This document shows, piece by piece, positions 45,229 through 53,894 of a stretch of 64,000 nt of DNA. The stretch comes from an uncultured Pseudobdellovibrionaceae bacterium. GTDB taxonomy: Bacteria; Bdellovibrionota; Bdellovibrionia; Bdellovibrionales; UBA1609. Numbering within the stretch: position 1 is the first letter of the stretch; the number at the start of each line of letters is the position of its first letter. Position numbers and translations under genes: made by a program. The DNA lies in the NCBI GenBank assembly GCA_964628445.1, contig CAZVOP010000001.1, positions 27,355 through 91,354 of the forward strand. Reading direction: 5' to 3'. Below the pieces are notes generated by a model. The model did no database searches, was not told the DNA's origin, and saw only the letters and a list, made by a program, of their open reading frames with translations.

Positions 45229-46299
45229 ATGCGCGCTGTGACGATGGTTTGTCTCAGTTTAGGCCTTTTCACGACCGGCTGTGCCGGCCCGATGACTCCG
45301 TTTGGGGCCGTTCAAAGTTTGGGAAGTAAGGCCTCTCATCTTATGGACAAGATCCTTCCCGCGCGCAGCTCATTGTCGCGGCTAAGGTTTCATCCCGCAC
45401 GCCAGGTGCTGCATACCTCGACTCCATTCAGCATTGTTATCGAAGACGCGAACGGAGTGCCTGAGGATTTCGAGCTCACTCTGATTTATGACGGCGAAGA
45501 CGTGAGTCGCCAATTCCTTGCGCAAGCCGAACGCACCTATCTTGATCCGCTGGGCCGGCAGCTGAAATTGAGCACCAAATACTTGCGCCTGCAGGCGGGC
45601 AAAGAGAACAACGTGCTGGCGATTTATCAAAGGGGTCCTGGGGCGGAAAAAATTGTCGCCCAATATTTGCCGCCCAGCTGCTCCGCTTTTGAGAGTGCCA
45701 GGGAACTCGCAAGTGTGCCTGATTTCGATCCGTCGACTGCGATCATCCGCACGATCAATAAGGCCTCGTCGCAAAAGCATTTGAATCCTTATTTCGTGGC
45801 CGGATTGATTGCGCAAGAGTCGGGGTTTGACCCTTTGGCGATCAGCGGGCGTAAAGCTTTGGGCCTTACGCAAATCACCTCTGCCAGTGAGAGTGAAATC
45901 GTCAAAGGCAACGACAGTTGGCCGCGCCATCCGGCCTTAAAAGAGATGTCCTTGCCCTCGCTGCGGTTCGCGATTCTGCGCGGCAAGATTCATTCGGGCA
46001 ATGAATGGCGCCTGAATCCCGAGCTTTCGATCATCGGCGGCGTCGAGTATCTCAATTACATTTCCGAGTATTGGCATAGACCTGATAAACAAATATTATT
46101 AAGCAAGGACCTTATTGCTTCAGATGTGGCCTTCAGCGAAATCATGCTGGCGAGTTACAATTCAGGCCCTGCGCGGGTTTCGGATGCGGTCAGCCGGCGC
46201 GGGCCGGATTGGCTGAACGACGCTGGATTGAAAGAGGCAAAAAAATATGTTCGCCGCGTGAGCAGTTATTGCGACCATTTCGAAAACAGGGAGGATTGA
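45229..46299 (+). CDS. Lytic transglycosylase lipoprotein (SLT domain)
   Basis: Lipobox LFTTGC. Motifs AGLIAQESGFDP, GLTQIT and SYNSGPARV. Confidence 0.75.
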   Translation: MRAVTMVCLSLGLFTTGCAGPMTPFGAVQSLGSKASHLMDKILPARSSLSRLRFHPARQVLHTSTPFSIVIEDANGVPEDFELTLIYDGEDVSRQFLAQAERTYLDPLGRQLKLSTKYLRLQAGKENNVLAIYQRGPGAEKIVAQYLPPSCSAFESARELASVPDFDPSTAIIRTINKASSQKHLNPYFVAGLIAQESGFDPLAISGRKALGLTQITSASESEIVKGNDSWPRHPALKEMSLPSLRFAILRGKIHSGNEWRLNPELSIIGGVEYLNYISEYWHRPDKQILLSKDLIASDVAFSEIMLASYNSGPARVSDAVSRRGPDWLNDAGLKEAKKYVRRVSSYCDHFENRED

Positions 46300-46302
46300 T
46301 CC

Positions 46303-47013
46303 ATGCGCAGCCGGCCAAAACCTCTGATCTATTTGATGCTCGCTCTTTTTGCCGTAGCGATTTCTTTTCCGCTGCAGATCATGTGGCTTTACGGTCATCC
46401 TTGGGCTGAAATTTCGGCTGTATGGCCGAAACTGACTTGGCTCAATTGGGTGGTGATGGGCGGCTCGGTTTTGACCGGAGTGATGCTTTACCGGGCCGTG
46501 CCGGGCGCTCAGAGAATGATGTATGCCTTGATCGGCGCGGTGGCTGTGAACAATTTTTTTGTCGGCTATTATGCGACGGATTTTTCACCTTGGACGGCGG
46601 GTTTTGCGACTTTGGCTTTTGGCGCATTGAGTTTGCCGCTGCGTAATTCAGAGGTACGTGAACTCCTGAACCATCCCGAGCGCCGCTGGTGGCGGGCCTC
46701 ATCGCGAAAGCGTTTAAATGTGCCGATCTTCCTTGGTGGATCGCGCAAAACCATATTGCGCTCGGAAACTTTCGACATTTCGGAGTCGGGCGCCTTTATC
46801 CCCGTTGAGGCGCCGCTTAAAATCGAAGAGCGGGTGAGCATTTGTTTAACGCTCAACACCTTTCAGCAGATCCGTTGCGATGGAAAAGTGGTGCGCATCA
46901 CTGAAGCCTGCGGTTGTTACCCGGCGGGCTTCGGCATTGAGTTTTGCAACTTGGATTGGTCTCAGCGGCGTGAACTGCGCAGATTTCTCCACAACAAAAC
47001 TTCGCAGCTTTGA
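46303..47013 (+). CDS. Membrane-anchored PilZ domain protein
   Basis: Several N-terminal TM helices. RRWWRASSRKR (RxxxR) and DISESGAFI (DxSxxG). GGAGGA RBS. Confidence 0.65.
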   Translation: MRSRPKPLIYLMLALFAVAISFPLQIMWLYGHPWAEISAVWPKLTWLNWVVMGGSVLTGVMLYRAVPGAQRMMYALIGAVAVNNFFVGYYATDFSPWTAGFATLAFGALSLPLRNSEVRELLNHPERRWWRASSRKRLNVPIFLGGSRKTILRSETFDISESGAFIPVEAPLKIEERVSICLTLNTFQQIRCDGKVVRITEACGCYPAGFGIEFCNLDWSQRRELRRFLHNKTSQL

Positions 47014-47654
47014 TTTTGATTGCGCGGATTGGTTTCTAAATAGGCCGCGAGGTTCTGGGCTTCATCCAGAAGCCTTTCCTTTTCGGGCGGAGGCAATTGT
47101 TCGATTCGCGCGTCCAGCGAGCCGTACTCCTTCGGGCGGCGCTCGGCTTTGAGAAGGGCGACGACCATGGAACTTCGGATTTTCCGCGTGAAACCGCGCG
47201 CGTCGAGTTCGTCGTAGAGCTTAATTTCGGTTTTGATGTCGCTGAATTTCTTTGTGCCTTTATCACTGATGAATTGAATGAGCGCGAGAAAGATACTTTG
47301 GTCCAAGCGATCCGATTTTCCACGACGTTCCAAGCGTTGAAAATGTGTGCGTAGCATCGAAAGAACTTCTTCTTGAATTTCGTCATAAGGGGCGAGAGGG
47401 CCGAGATGGCTTAAGTTTTTCACCAGCATCTCGGCATCGAGTTCCGCCTCGTGAACATCATGCTTTGCAACTGCCAAACGATAGTTAAAATGCAGACTGC
47501 GAAGCGCTTCAAGAACGGCGGCGGCGCGGATCAAGGGACGGACAGTCAATTCACTTTCAGAGCTACGCAGCAAGGAGGCCTCGCCACGTGCCGGGGTCAG
47601 CGTAACAGCTAAAACAATTAGACAGACAGACACAAAATACAGAGTACGCAGCAT
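46962..47654 (-). CDS. Secreted helical protein, unknown function
   Basis: Signal peptide MLRTLYFVSVCLIVLAVTL. 52-nt convergent overlap with the PilZ gene. Confidence 0.45.
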   Translation of the reverse strand: MLRTLYFVSVCLIVLAVTLTPARGEASLLRSSESELTVRPLIRAAAVLEALRSLHFNYRLAVAKHDVHEAELDAEMLVKNLSHLGPLAPYDEIQEEVLSMLRTHFQRLERRGKSDRLDQSIFLALIQFISDKGTKKFSDIKTEIKLYDELDARGFTRKIRSSMVVALLKAERRPKEYGSLDARIEQLPPPEKERLLDEAQNLAAYLETNPRNQNQSCEVLLWRNLRSSRR

Positions 47655-47683
47655 GATTCGGCCCTTACTTTCGCTTTGAGTTT

Positions 47684-47714
47684 CGGGAACTTAACATTGC
47701 AAGATAAGTTCCCG
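47684..47714. other. Perfect 10-bp stem / 11-nt loop hairpin in a divergent promoter region
   Basis: CGGGAACTTA-acattgcaaga-TAAGTTCCCG, 44 nt upstream of the ilvE ATG. Confidence 0.3.
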
Positions 47715-47757
47715 ATTCGTGTTTGACCCTCTGCGGGCCTTCCATTAAACCCTCTTT

Positions 47758-48831
47758 ATGATCACAATCGAAAGACGTCTCTCTTTGAGCCCTAAAAATC
47801 TTCCCGATTCAAATCAGCTCGGCTTCGGGCAGCACTTTTCTGATCACTGGTTTTACAGTAAATACAGCAAGGGTAAAGGTTGGTTTGAGTCCGCGGTCGC
47901 TCCCTATAAAGCGATCGAACTTGATCCGGCGGCCTCGGTTCTGCATTACGGCCAGGCTCTTTTTGAAGGCATGAAAGCCTTTCGTCAACCGGATGGACGT
48001 GTCGCGCTCTTTCGTCCCGAATTCAATATCCGCCGCATGCAAGAGGGCGCCGCACGTTTGTGTTTGGAAGCCCCGCCCGCCGATCTTTTTTTGCAAGGGC
48101 TCGAAGAGTTAATCGCGGTCGATTCGCGCTGGGTCCCCAATGCTGAAAATTGCGCGCTCTATATCCGTCCGACATTGATCGGGACCGAGGCTTTCTTGGG
48201 TGTTCGACCGTCGCGTGAAGTTCTGTTTTATATTATTCTTTCTCCGGTGGGTTCTTACTACAGCAAGGGCACGGCACCGGTGCGGATCTGGGTCGAGGAC
48301 AAAGCTGTGCGGGCCGCGCCCGGCGGCCTCGGCGCCACCAAAGCGGCGGCGAATTATGCGGCTGGTTTGCAAGCCGGAATGATGGCCAAAGAAAAAGGCT
48401 TCGATCAAGTTTTGTGGCTTGATGTCGAGCATGAAGGTATTGAAGAAGTCGGCACGATGAACGTATTTTTTGTTTTGAAAGATGAAATCGTCACACCCGC
48501 TTTGGATGGCAGCATTCTTGGGGGATGCGTGCGCGATTCGGTGTTGCAGTTGCTGCGGCACAAAGGCGTGAAGGTCAGTGAAAGAAGGATCACGATCGGT
48601 GAATTGATCGAGCGCCATAACGCGGGCGAATTGCTCGAAGCTTTCGGCACAGGCACCGCCGCGGTTATTTCACCGATCGGCGAAATTGCCTTTAAAGGCA
48701 AAAGCTATGCGATCAACAAAGGCGAGGCCGGGCCGGTCAGCCGCGAACTTTTCCAAACCATCGCCGGAATCCAACGTGGAGCCCTTCCCGACAAACTCGG
48801 CTGGCTCCACCCGGTTAAAATGCGCGATTAA
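47758..48831 (+). CDS. ilvE: Branched-chain amino acid aminotransferase (class IV)
   Basis: 357 aa, collinear with IlvE. Motifs YIRPTL and EEVGTMNVFFV, and the PLP-Lys context GGLGATKAAANYA. Confidence 0.85.
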   Translation: MITIERRLSLSPKNLPDSNQLGFGQHFSDHWFYSKYSKGKGWFESAVAPYKAIELDPAASVLHYGQALFEGMKAFRQPDGRVALFRPEFNIRRMQEGAARLCLEAPPADLFLQGLEELIAVDSRWVPNAENCALYIRPTLIGTEAFLGVRPSREVLFYIILSPVGSYYSKGTAPVRIWVEDKAVRAAPGGLGATKAAANYAAGLQAGMMAKEKGFDQVLWLDVEHEGIEEVGTMNVFFVLKDEIVTPALDGSILGGCVRDSVLQLLRHKGVKVSERRITIGELIERHNAGELLEAFGTGTAAVISPIGEIAFKGKSYAINKGEAGPVSRELFQTIAGIQRGALPDKLGWLHPVKMRD

Positions 48832-49317
48832 TTAATTATGATGATGTCCGCCCGGGCCATGCACATGGCCGTGGGCGAGTTCTTCTTCGGTCGCCTTGCG
48901 CACATCGGTCACCTCGACATCGAAGTGCAAAGTCTGTCCCGCAAGCGGTGAATTTCCATCGACAACAACCTCAGTGTCTTTCAACTCGACGACGGTAAGA
49001 ACCATCGGCCCGCCTTGCGAATTGATTTGAAATTGCATGCCGACCTTCATGCCGTCGGCGTTCTGAAATTGATTTTTTGGAATCGATTGCACCAAACGCT
49101 CGTCGCGTTCGCCATAACCTTTTTCAGGAGGCAGGGTGACCTGCAATTTGTCTCCGGCTTTTTTGCCGGCTAAGGCTTCTTCGAGGCCGGGGATAATATT
49201 GCCCGAGCCTTGCAGGTAAACTAACGGCTCGCCACCCGATGAACTATCGAGCACAGTGCCCTTGTCGTCCTTCAGGGTGTAGTGCATGGAAACTACGGAT
49301 TCGTCGGCGATAGTCAT
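48832..49317 (-). CDS. slyD: FKBP-type peptidyl-prolyl isomerase SlyD-like with a His-rich tail
   Basis: Trimmed to MTIADESVVSMHYTLKDDKG. IF-domain insertion. C-terminal HGHVHGPGGHHHN. Confidence 0.8.
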   Translation of the reverse strand: MTIADESVVSMHYTLKDDKGTVLDSSSGGEPLVYLQGSGNIIPGLEEALAGKKAGDKLQVTLPPEKGYGERDERLVQSIPKNQFQNADGMKVGMQFQINSQGGPMVLTVVELKDTEVVVDGNSPLAGQTLHFDVEVTDVRKATEEELAHGHVHGPGGHHHN

Positions 49318-49378
49318 CTTTTCTCCCTTTTTTAAAAAAAGGAAGATGACACCCTTTTCCCGGCTTTTCAAGCCTACT

Positions 49379-50917
49379 TCAGCATTGGCCCAATTCTCGT
49401 AAAATTTCGTTTCCGAACAATTCAATCTTGGCCGGGCCTAGGCCATAAACTTTTTCCAGATCAATGAGTGAGCGCGGATTGCGCGAGGCCAAGTCGCGCA
49501 GCGTGCGGTCGCTGAACACGATGAAGGCGGGGACATCCCGTTCTTTGGCAAAGCGTTTGCGCCAATCGCGCAAAACCAGTGCGCGGGCTTCGCTGTCGGA
49601 ATCCAAAATTTCGCTGACCCGTTCGCGTTTCGCCTTCGCTTTGCGCGTGGTGGTTTTTGCGGCCTTAACGGCTTCGGCCGGACGCAGGGTGCGGCGGTCA
49701 GAAAGCGGTAAGCACACATCGCAGTGGCCGCATTTCTCGATACGATCGGCATCGCGGAAGTAAGTCAGAATCCCGGCGTGTCGGCATTCGGCGCTCTCGA
49801 CGAATTGTGTGATGGCCTCAAGCGAGCGCCAGCGCTGGCTGATCACCGAAGGCGGCGCTTTGGATTGATTGATGAAGAACGAGTGCAGCCCGCGATCTTT
49901 TTTTGAATAAAGCAGCATGCAGGTTGAATTCTTGCCGTCACGTCCGGCGCGTCCCATCTCTTGATATAAGGATTCGATGTTGGCGGGCATTTGCACATGC
50001 ACGACCAGGCGCACATCCGGATAATCGATGCCCATTCCAAAAGCATTGGTCGCAACTACGATACGCAGTTCACCGCGGTCCAAGCGCTCTTGCACGTCTT
50101 TGCGCTCTTGAGTGCCCATGCCGGCGTGATAAAAGCCGACGCGCTCGAACTCATGTCCCAAAGAAGCGGCCAAATCCTCGCACGAGTTGCGAGTGCCGGC
50201 ATAAATTAAAATACGGCCGGTGGGATTATTTTGAATCGCCGCGCGCAGAATTTGAAACTTTACGCCGTCATCCGGGCAAACTTCGATTTGGTAATAGAGA
50301 TTCGGCCGGTAAAATCCGTAAACGTGGCGCTTTTGCTGGCGAACACGCAATTGCTTTTCGATATCGCTAAGGACCCTTGGTGTCGCGGTCGCGGTCAAAG
50401 CGAGGATCGGGACGTCGGGCTTTATTTCGCGCAGCAAAGCCAGCTTGCCGTAGTCTTCGCGGAAGTCGTGGCCCCATTGCGAAACGCAGTGCGCTTCATC
50501 GATCGCGAACAACACCACATTCTGGCTTTTCAGCCACTCGGCGAAGGCCGGATTCTGGGTGCGCTCCGGCGACAAATACAAAACGAAAGCGCCGCCTTTG
50601 TTGAGCTCGCGGAACACTTCGCGTTTTTCGTCGGTGGTTTGTCCGGAATGCAAACATCCGGCTCCCAGCCCGTAAACTTTCAGAAGCCGGACCTGATCCT
50701 TCATCAAGGCGATGAGCGGCGAAATCACGATCACCAGTCCTTCGAAGTAAACCGACGGAAGCTGATAGCACAAGGATTTGCCGCCGCCGGTAGGCATCAC
50801 GGCCAGCGTGTCCTTCCGTTCGACCACGGATTCAAGAACCGCGAGTTGGCCTTTGCGGAATTCGGATAAGCCGAAACGGGAATTGAGAAGATCGTAGAGG
50901 CGTGCTTTTTGTTCCAT
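49379..50917 (-). CDS. recQ: ATP-dependent DNA helicase RecQ
   Basis: Motifs PTGGGKS and DEAHCVSQWGHDFR, a Zn-binding Cys cluster (C..C..C), and a C-terminal HRDC-like domain. Confidence 0.85.
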   Translation of the reverse strand: MEQKARLYDLLNSRFGLSEFRKGQLAVLESVVERKDTLAVMPTGGGKSLCYQLPSVYFEGLVIVISPLIALMKDQVRLLKVYGLGAGCLHSGQTTDEKREVFRELNKGGAFVLYLSPERTQNPAFAEWLKSQNVVLFAIDEAHCVSQWGHDFREDYGKLALLREIKPDVPILALTATATPRVLSDIEKQLRVRQQKRHVYGFYRPNLYYQIEVCPDDGVKFQILRAAIQNNPTGRILIYAGTRNSCEDLAASLGHEFERVGFYHAGMGTQERKDVQERLDRGELRIVVATNAFGMGIDYPDVRLVVHVQMPANIESLYQEMGRAGRDGKNSTCMLLYSKKDRGLHSFFINQSKAPPSVISQRWRSLEAITQFVESAECRHAGILTYFRDADRIEKCGHCDVCLPLSDRRTLRPAEAVKAAKTTTRKAKAKRERVSEILDSDSEARALVLRDWRKRFAKERDVPAFIVFSDRTLRDLASRNPRSLIDLEKVYGLGPAKIELFGNEILRELGQC

Positions 50918-51009
50918 GTGGGATCCTTGAGATTAAACTTTTTGTCCGCCTTGAATGCAAGGCGATACGTGACTTTAACCGTTCAAAATCCCTGCCGGAC
51001 TGGATATTG

Positions 51010-51033
51010 AGTGGTCCACGCGGGTGGACCACT
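51010..51033 (-). terminator. Stem-loop downstream of the S1 protease gene (no U-tract)
   Basis: AGTGGTCCAC-gcgg-GTGGACCACT, a perfect 10-bp stem 11 nt past the stop at 51044. No T/U run follows, so terminator function is uncertain. Confidence 0.3.
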
Positions 51034-51043
51034 GGATATGAAG

Positions 51044-51823
51044 CTAGTGAGCGTTCTGGTTGATCCAATCGATCACGGAGTTCACTTTCGAGTACACGCC
51101 GTACATATTCGATCGTGCACAGCCCTCACCCCAGCTCACGACACCGATCAGTTTCGCTGCGCCGTTCGCATCGCGAGCAATCAGCGGTCCGCCGCTGTCG
51201 CCGTAGCAGGCATCTTTGCCTCCTTGCGTAAGGCCGGCGCAGATCATGCGATCGGTGATCGTGCCTTTGTAGCTCTCATTGCATGCTTTTGCTGAGACGA
51301 GCGGAACGTCGACCTTTTGTAAGAGCGAAGGCGATTTCATCATGCGGAAGCTGGGCGACATTTCACCCCAGCCCGCGACAGTTGTTATGATCTGTGCAGG
51401 TGCATCGGGGATTTGAATTTCCATGTCGTTAAGAACTACGGGTGGATAAGCGGAGTTCCCGCTCAGTTCGATAAGCGCGAAATCGTAATCCATGGTTCGA
51501 GTGTCATAGCTTGGATGCTGAATCACGCGCTTAATGGTGAAGCTTTCGGCATGCGAGCGATCGGTTTGGTCATGCAGTCCAATCAAAATTTTGCTGACCT
51601 CGCCATCTTCCACGCAGTGGCTTGCGGTCAAAACCCAATTGGGACGGATCAAAGAGCCTCCGCAATAATGGCCCATGCCCCCGGCCTGCAGCGAAACGAT
51701 AAATGGAAATTCGTTTTGCAAAGCCTCCGAACCTCCGACGATTAACGGTTGAACTTGTGCGGCCATTGCCGAAGTCACGAACGGGAACGCGAACGCAAGC
51801 GCGAGCTTAGACAAACGATTCAT
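51044..51823 (-). CDS. Secreted trypsin-like serine protease (S1 family)
   Basis: Signal peptide. Motifs IVGGSEA, TASHCV, DFALIE and GDSGGPL. Confidence 0.85.
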   Translation of the reverse strand: MNRLSKLALAFAFPFVTSAMAAQVQPLIVGGSEALQNEFPFIVSLQAGGMGHYCGGSLIRPNWVLTASHCVEDGEVSKILIGLHDQTDRSHAESFTIKRVIQHPSYDTRTMDYDFALIELSGNSAYPPVVLNDMEIQIPDAPAQIITTVAGWGEMSPSFRMMKSPSLLQKVDVPLVSAKACNESYKGTITDRMICAGLTQGGKDACYGDSGGPLIARDANGAAKLIGVVSWGEGCARSNMYGVYSKVNSVIDWINQNAH

Positions 51824-51925
51824 AAATTCCCCCTGTATGGCTCGAGTTTAATCGCGACCACCGGACGCACTCACGAAGCAAGAATTAAACTGGACAAACA
51901 GCCAGTGATTGAAGTGGGCGTTTCG

Positions 51926-52029
51926 CAAAGGCGCCGAACTCGGCAAAACCGATGCCCTTTGGAATTTATGTGAGATGGAATGGCAAGAGACTCCTTGCTA
52001 CCCAGGTTTTGCTGAGTTCGGCGCCTTTG
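51926..52029. repeat. Long inverted repeat (25-bp arms, 54-nt spacer) in a 236-nt intergenic region
   Basis: Left arm 51926-51950 (caaaggcgccgaactcggcaaaacc) pairs with right arm 52005-52029 (ggttttgctgagttcggcgcctttg). The single non-Watson-Crick pair is G-T, a wobble only in plus-strand RNA. Confidence 0.6.
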
Positions 52030-52059
52030 GGACTGTCGCCCCATGCTCGTCCAATTTTA

Positions 52060-52797
52060 TTAGCCCAAGATTAAACGCACAATGAGTAGGGTGGAAATCA
52101 CGGCAAGTGCAATACGCGCAATCGGTCCTGAGTTCTTGGTGGCAAGGCTGACACCCAAAATGGCTCCGAACCCGACCCCTGCGGCCATAGTGGATCCCGT
52201 CGGCCAATCAATGTGACCGGCGAAGGAAAAAATAACGAGAGCCACAGTGGCCGAGCTGAGGTTGGCGATTTTCGCCGTAGCCATGGAGGTGAGTAAAGGA
52301 AGCTTGGCGAGAGTGAAGAGCGAGAGAAACATCAAGGTCCCGCCGCCGGGCCCGGCGATGCCGTCATAGAATCCGCAGGCCACACCGGCCGTCCATAAAA
52401 TGTATTTATGTGGATGCGTGTGATCTTCTTTGATCGCCGCTTTAACCCACAGGTCTTTTCGAAAAATAATCCAGATCACGACCGGCGCGATAGCGGCAAT
52501 GATCCAGTTGTAAGCGACGGGTGAAATAAAACCCGAACAGCCTGCACCAAGCACGGCCCCCAGGCCGACGGTAAAGGCGAAAGTAAAATTCCCGCGCAGT
52601 TTGACGTGGCCGCGGTAGCGGTAAACAAAAAGTGCGACTCCGGTTGAGACGACGCCCACAATCTTATTGGTGCCGATGGCCATGACCCCCGGGCCGATCA
52701 GCAAACTAAAAACAGGAACGGAGATCAGGCCTCCACCGCCTGCGATCGAGTCGACAAATCCGGTGATCAAACCGACCCCGACAAGGATCAGATTCAT
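52060..52797 (-). CDS. TauE/SafE-family anion exporter membrane protein
   Basis: 245 aa, 7-8 TM, Gly-rich repeats (SIAGGGGLISVP, GIAGPGGGTLMF). Confidence 0.7.
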   Translation of the reverse strand: MNLILVGVGLITGFVDSIAGGGGLISVPVFSLLIGPGVMAIGTNKIVGVVSTGVALFVYRYRGHVKLRGNFTFAFTVGLGAVLGAGCSGFISPVAYNWIIAAIAPVVIWIIFRKDLWVKAAIKEDHTHPHKYILWTAGVACGFYDGIAGPGGGTLMFLSLFTLAKLPLLTSMATAKIANLSSATVALVIFSFAGHIDWPTGSTMAAGVGFGAILGVSLATKNSGPIARIALAVISTLLIVRLILG

Positions 52798-53240
52798 TAA
52801 ACTTTGTTCGATAAAAACTCTTTAACTCTTTTCATCCATTCGCGGTCGACGGTGGCGTCAAAGGCGCGGCCTTGCGGCCAATCGTAAGCTTGCCGCGGCG
52901 TTTGCACCCTTAGGCCGTCGGGCTCATTCAAAAAACGTGGAACGATATGAGTGTGCAGCGCGGGATCAAGATTTCCCCAGGTTTCATAGTTAATGCGGTA
53001 GGCGCCGCGAACTTTGATCAGTGCGTCGCCCACGTAACTCATGTCGAGGCTGTATTGCGCGCGGGCTTTATCACTGAGCGAGTTGAGATCGGGCGCCACC
53101 GGATCGCACATCAGGATGCAATATCCTTGCAGCGGCTGAACGTCGCCCGCGACGACCCACCCGGACTTAAGTTTAATAATAGCGGTCGGGAGTTGCCCGG
53201 CTTCAGCCAGGCGGATTTTTTTGTGAATTGAGGTTGGCAT
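52797..53240 (-). CDS. HIT-family nucleotide hydrolase/transferase
   Basis: Histidine triad LHTHIVPRF. Confidence 0.65.
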   Translation of the reverse strand: MPTSIHKKIRLAEAGQLPTAIIKLKSGWVVAGDVQPLQGYCILMCDPVAPDLNSLSDKARAQYSLDMSYVGDALIKVRGAYRINYETWGNLDPALHTHIVPRFLNEPDGLRVQTPRQAYDWPQGRAFDATVDREWMKRVKEFLSNKV

Positions 53241-53840
53241 TTAAAACCCGAAGTTAATCACCGGCGAAACCGCGAATAGGCCGGTGTGATTGAAATTCAG
53301 CAGGCCTATTTGCAGCCCGTGCAGATTGTTGACGACGTTCACTACGCCGATCTGAAATCCATAAACTTTGTCGGCCACGTTGTAAGCGCCGACTTGGAAG
53401 CCGCGAACCGTGGTGTGGGAGGCCATATTCACTAACGCCAGTTGCAAGCCGTTCACGCTGGATTCGGCTTCGACTATGTTCGCACCGAGAGCGACTTGCA
53501 CACCGAACACGTTGGTCTTTTGCGTACTCCAATTCACGGCTCCAGCGGCCTGCAAACCTAAGATCGTTGTCATACCGCGATTGATGTTGAAGAGTCCTGA
53601 AGCCGCGGCACCCGTGAATGTTTGATTGGTGGTATTGCCGAGTACGCCGAAATCGAAACCGTAGACATCACGCTGGCGTCCGTAAAGCAACGAAAGCCGT
53701 AAACCCGTGATCGAAAAATCTTCCGCTGGGAATTGCACCGGAGGCACAATGGAAACCCCGATTGGAGAAAACGCAGCCCAAGCTTGGGTGGAAATTAACG
53801 TGGATAAAGCGCAGAGGAATAACGAGATTGATTTCTTCAT
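53241..53840 (-). CDS. Secreted/outer-membrane repeat protein with about 9 copies of a G-[LF]-Q-x-[GA]-x-x-N unit
   Basis: Signal peptide (AWA). Repeats such as FGVQVALGAN, NGLQLALVNM, RGFQVGAYNV, YGFQIGVVNV and HGLQIGLLNF. Terminal ...INFGF. Confidence 0.55.
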   Translation of the reverse strand: MKKSISLFLCALSTLISTQAWAAFSPIGVSIVPPVQFPAEDFSITGLRLSLLYGRQRDVYGFDFGVLGNTTNQTFTGAAASGLFNINRGMTTILGLQAAGAVNWSTQKTNVFGVQVALGANIVEAESSVNGLQLALVNMASHTTVRGFQVGAYNVADKVYGFQIGVVNVVNNLHGLQIGLLNFNHTGLFAVSPVINFGF

Positions 53841-53894
53841 GCCTTATTGTAGTGAGAATATCGGTTTCGGCCAAGGATTGAACCATTTGATTCA

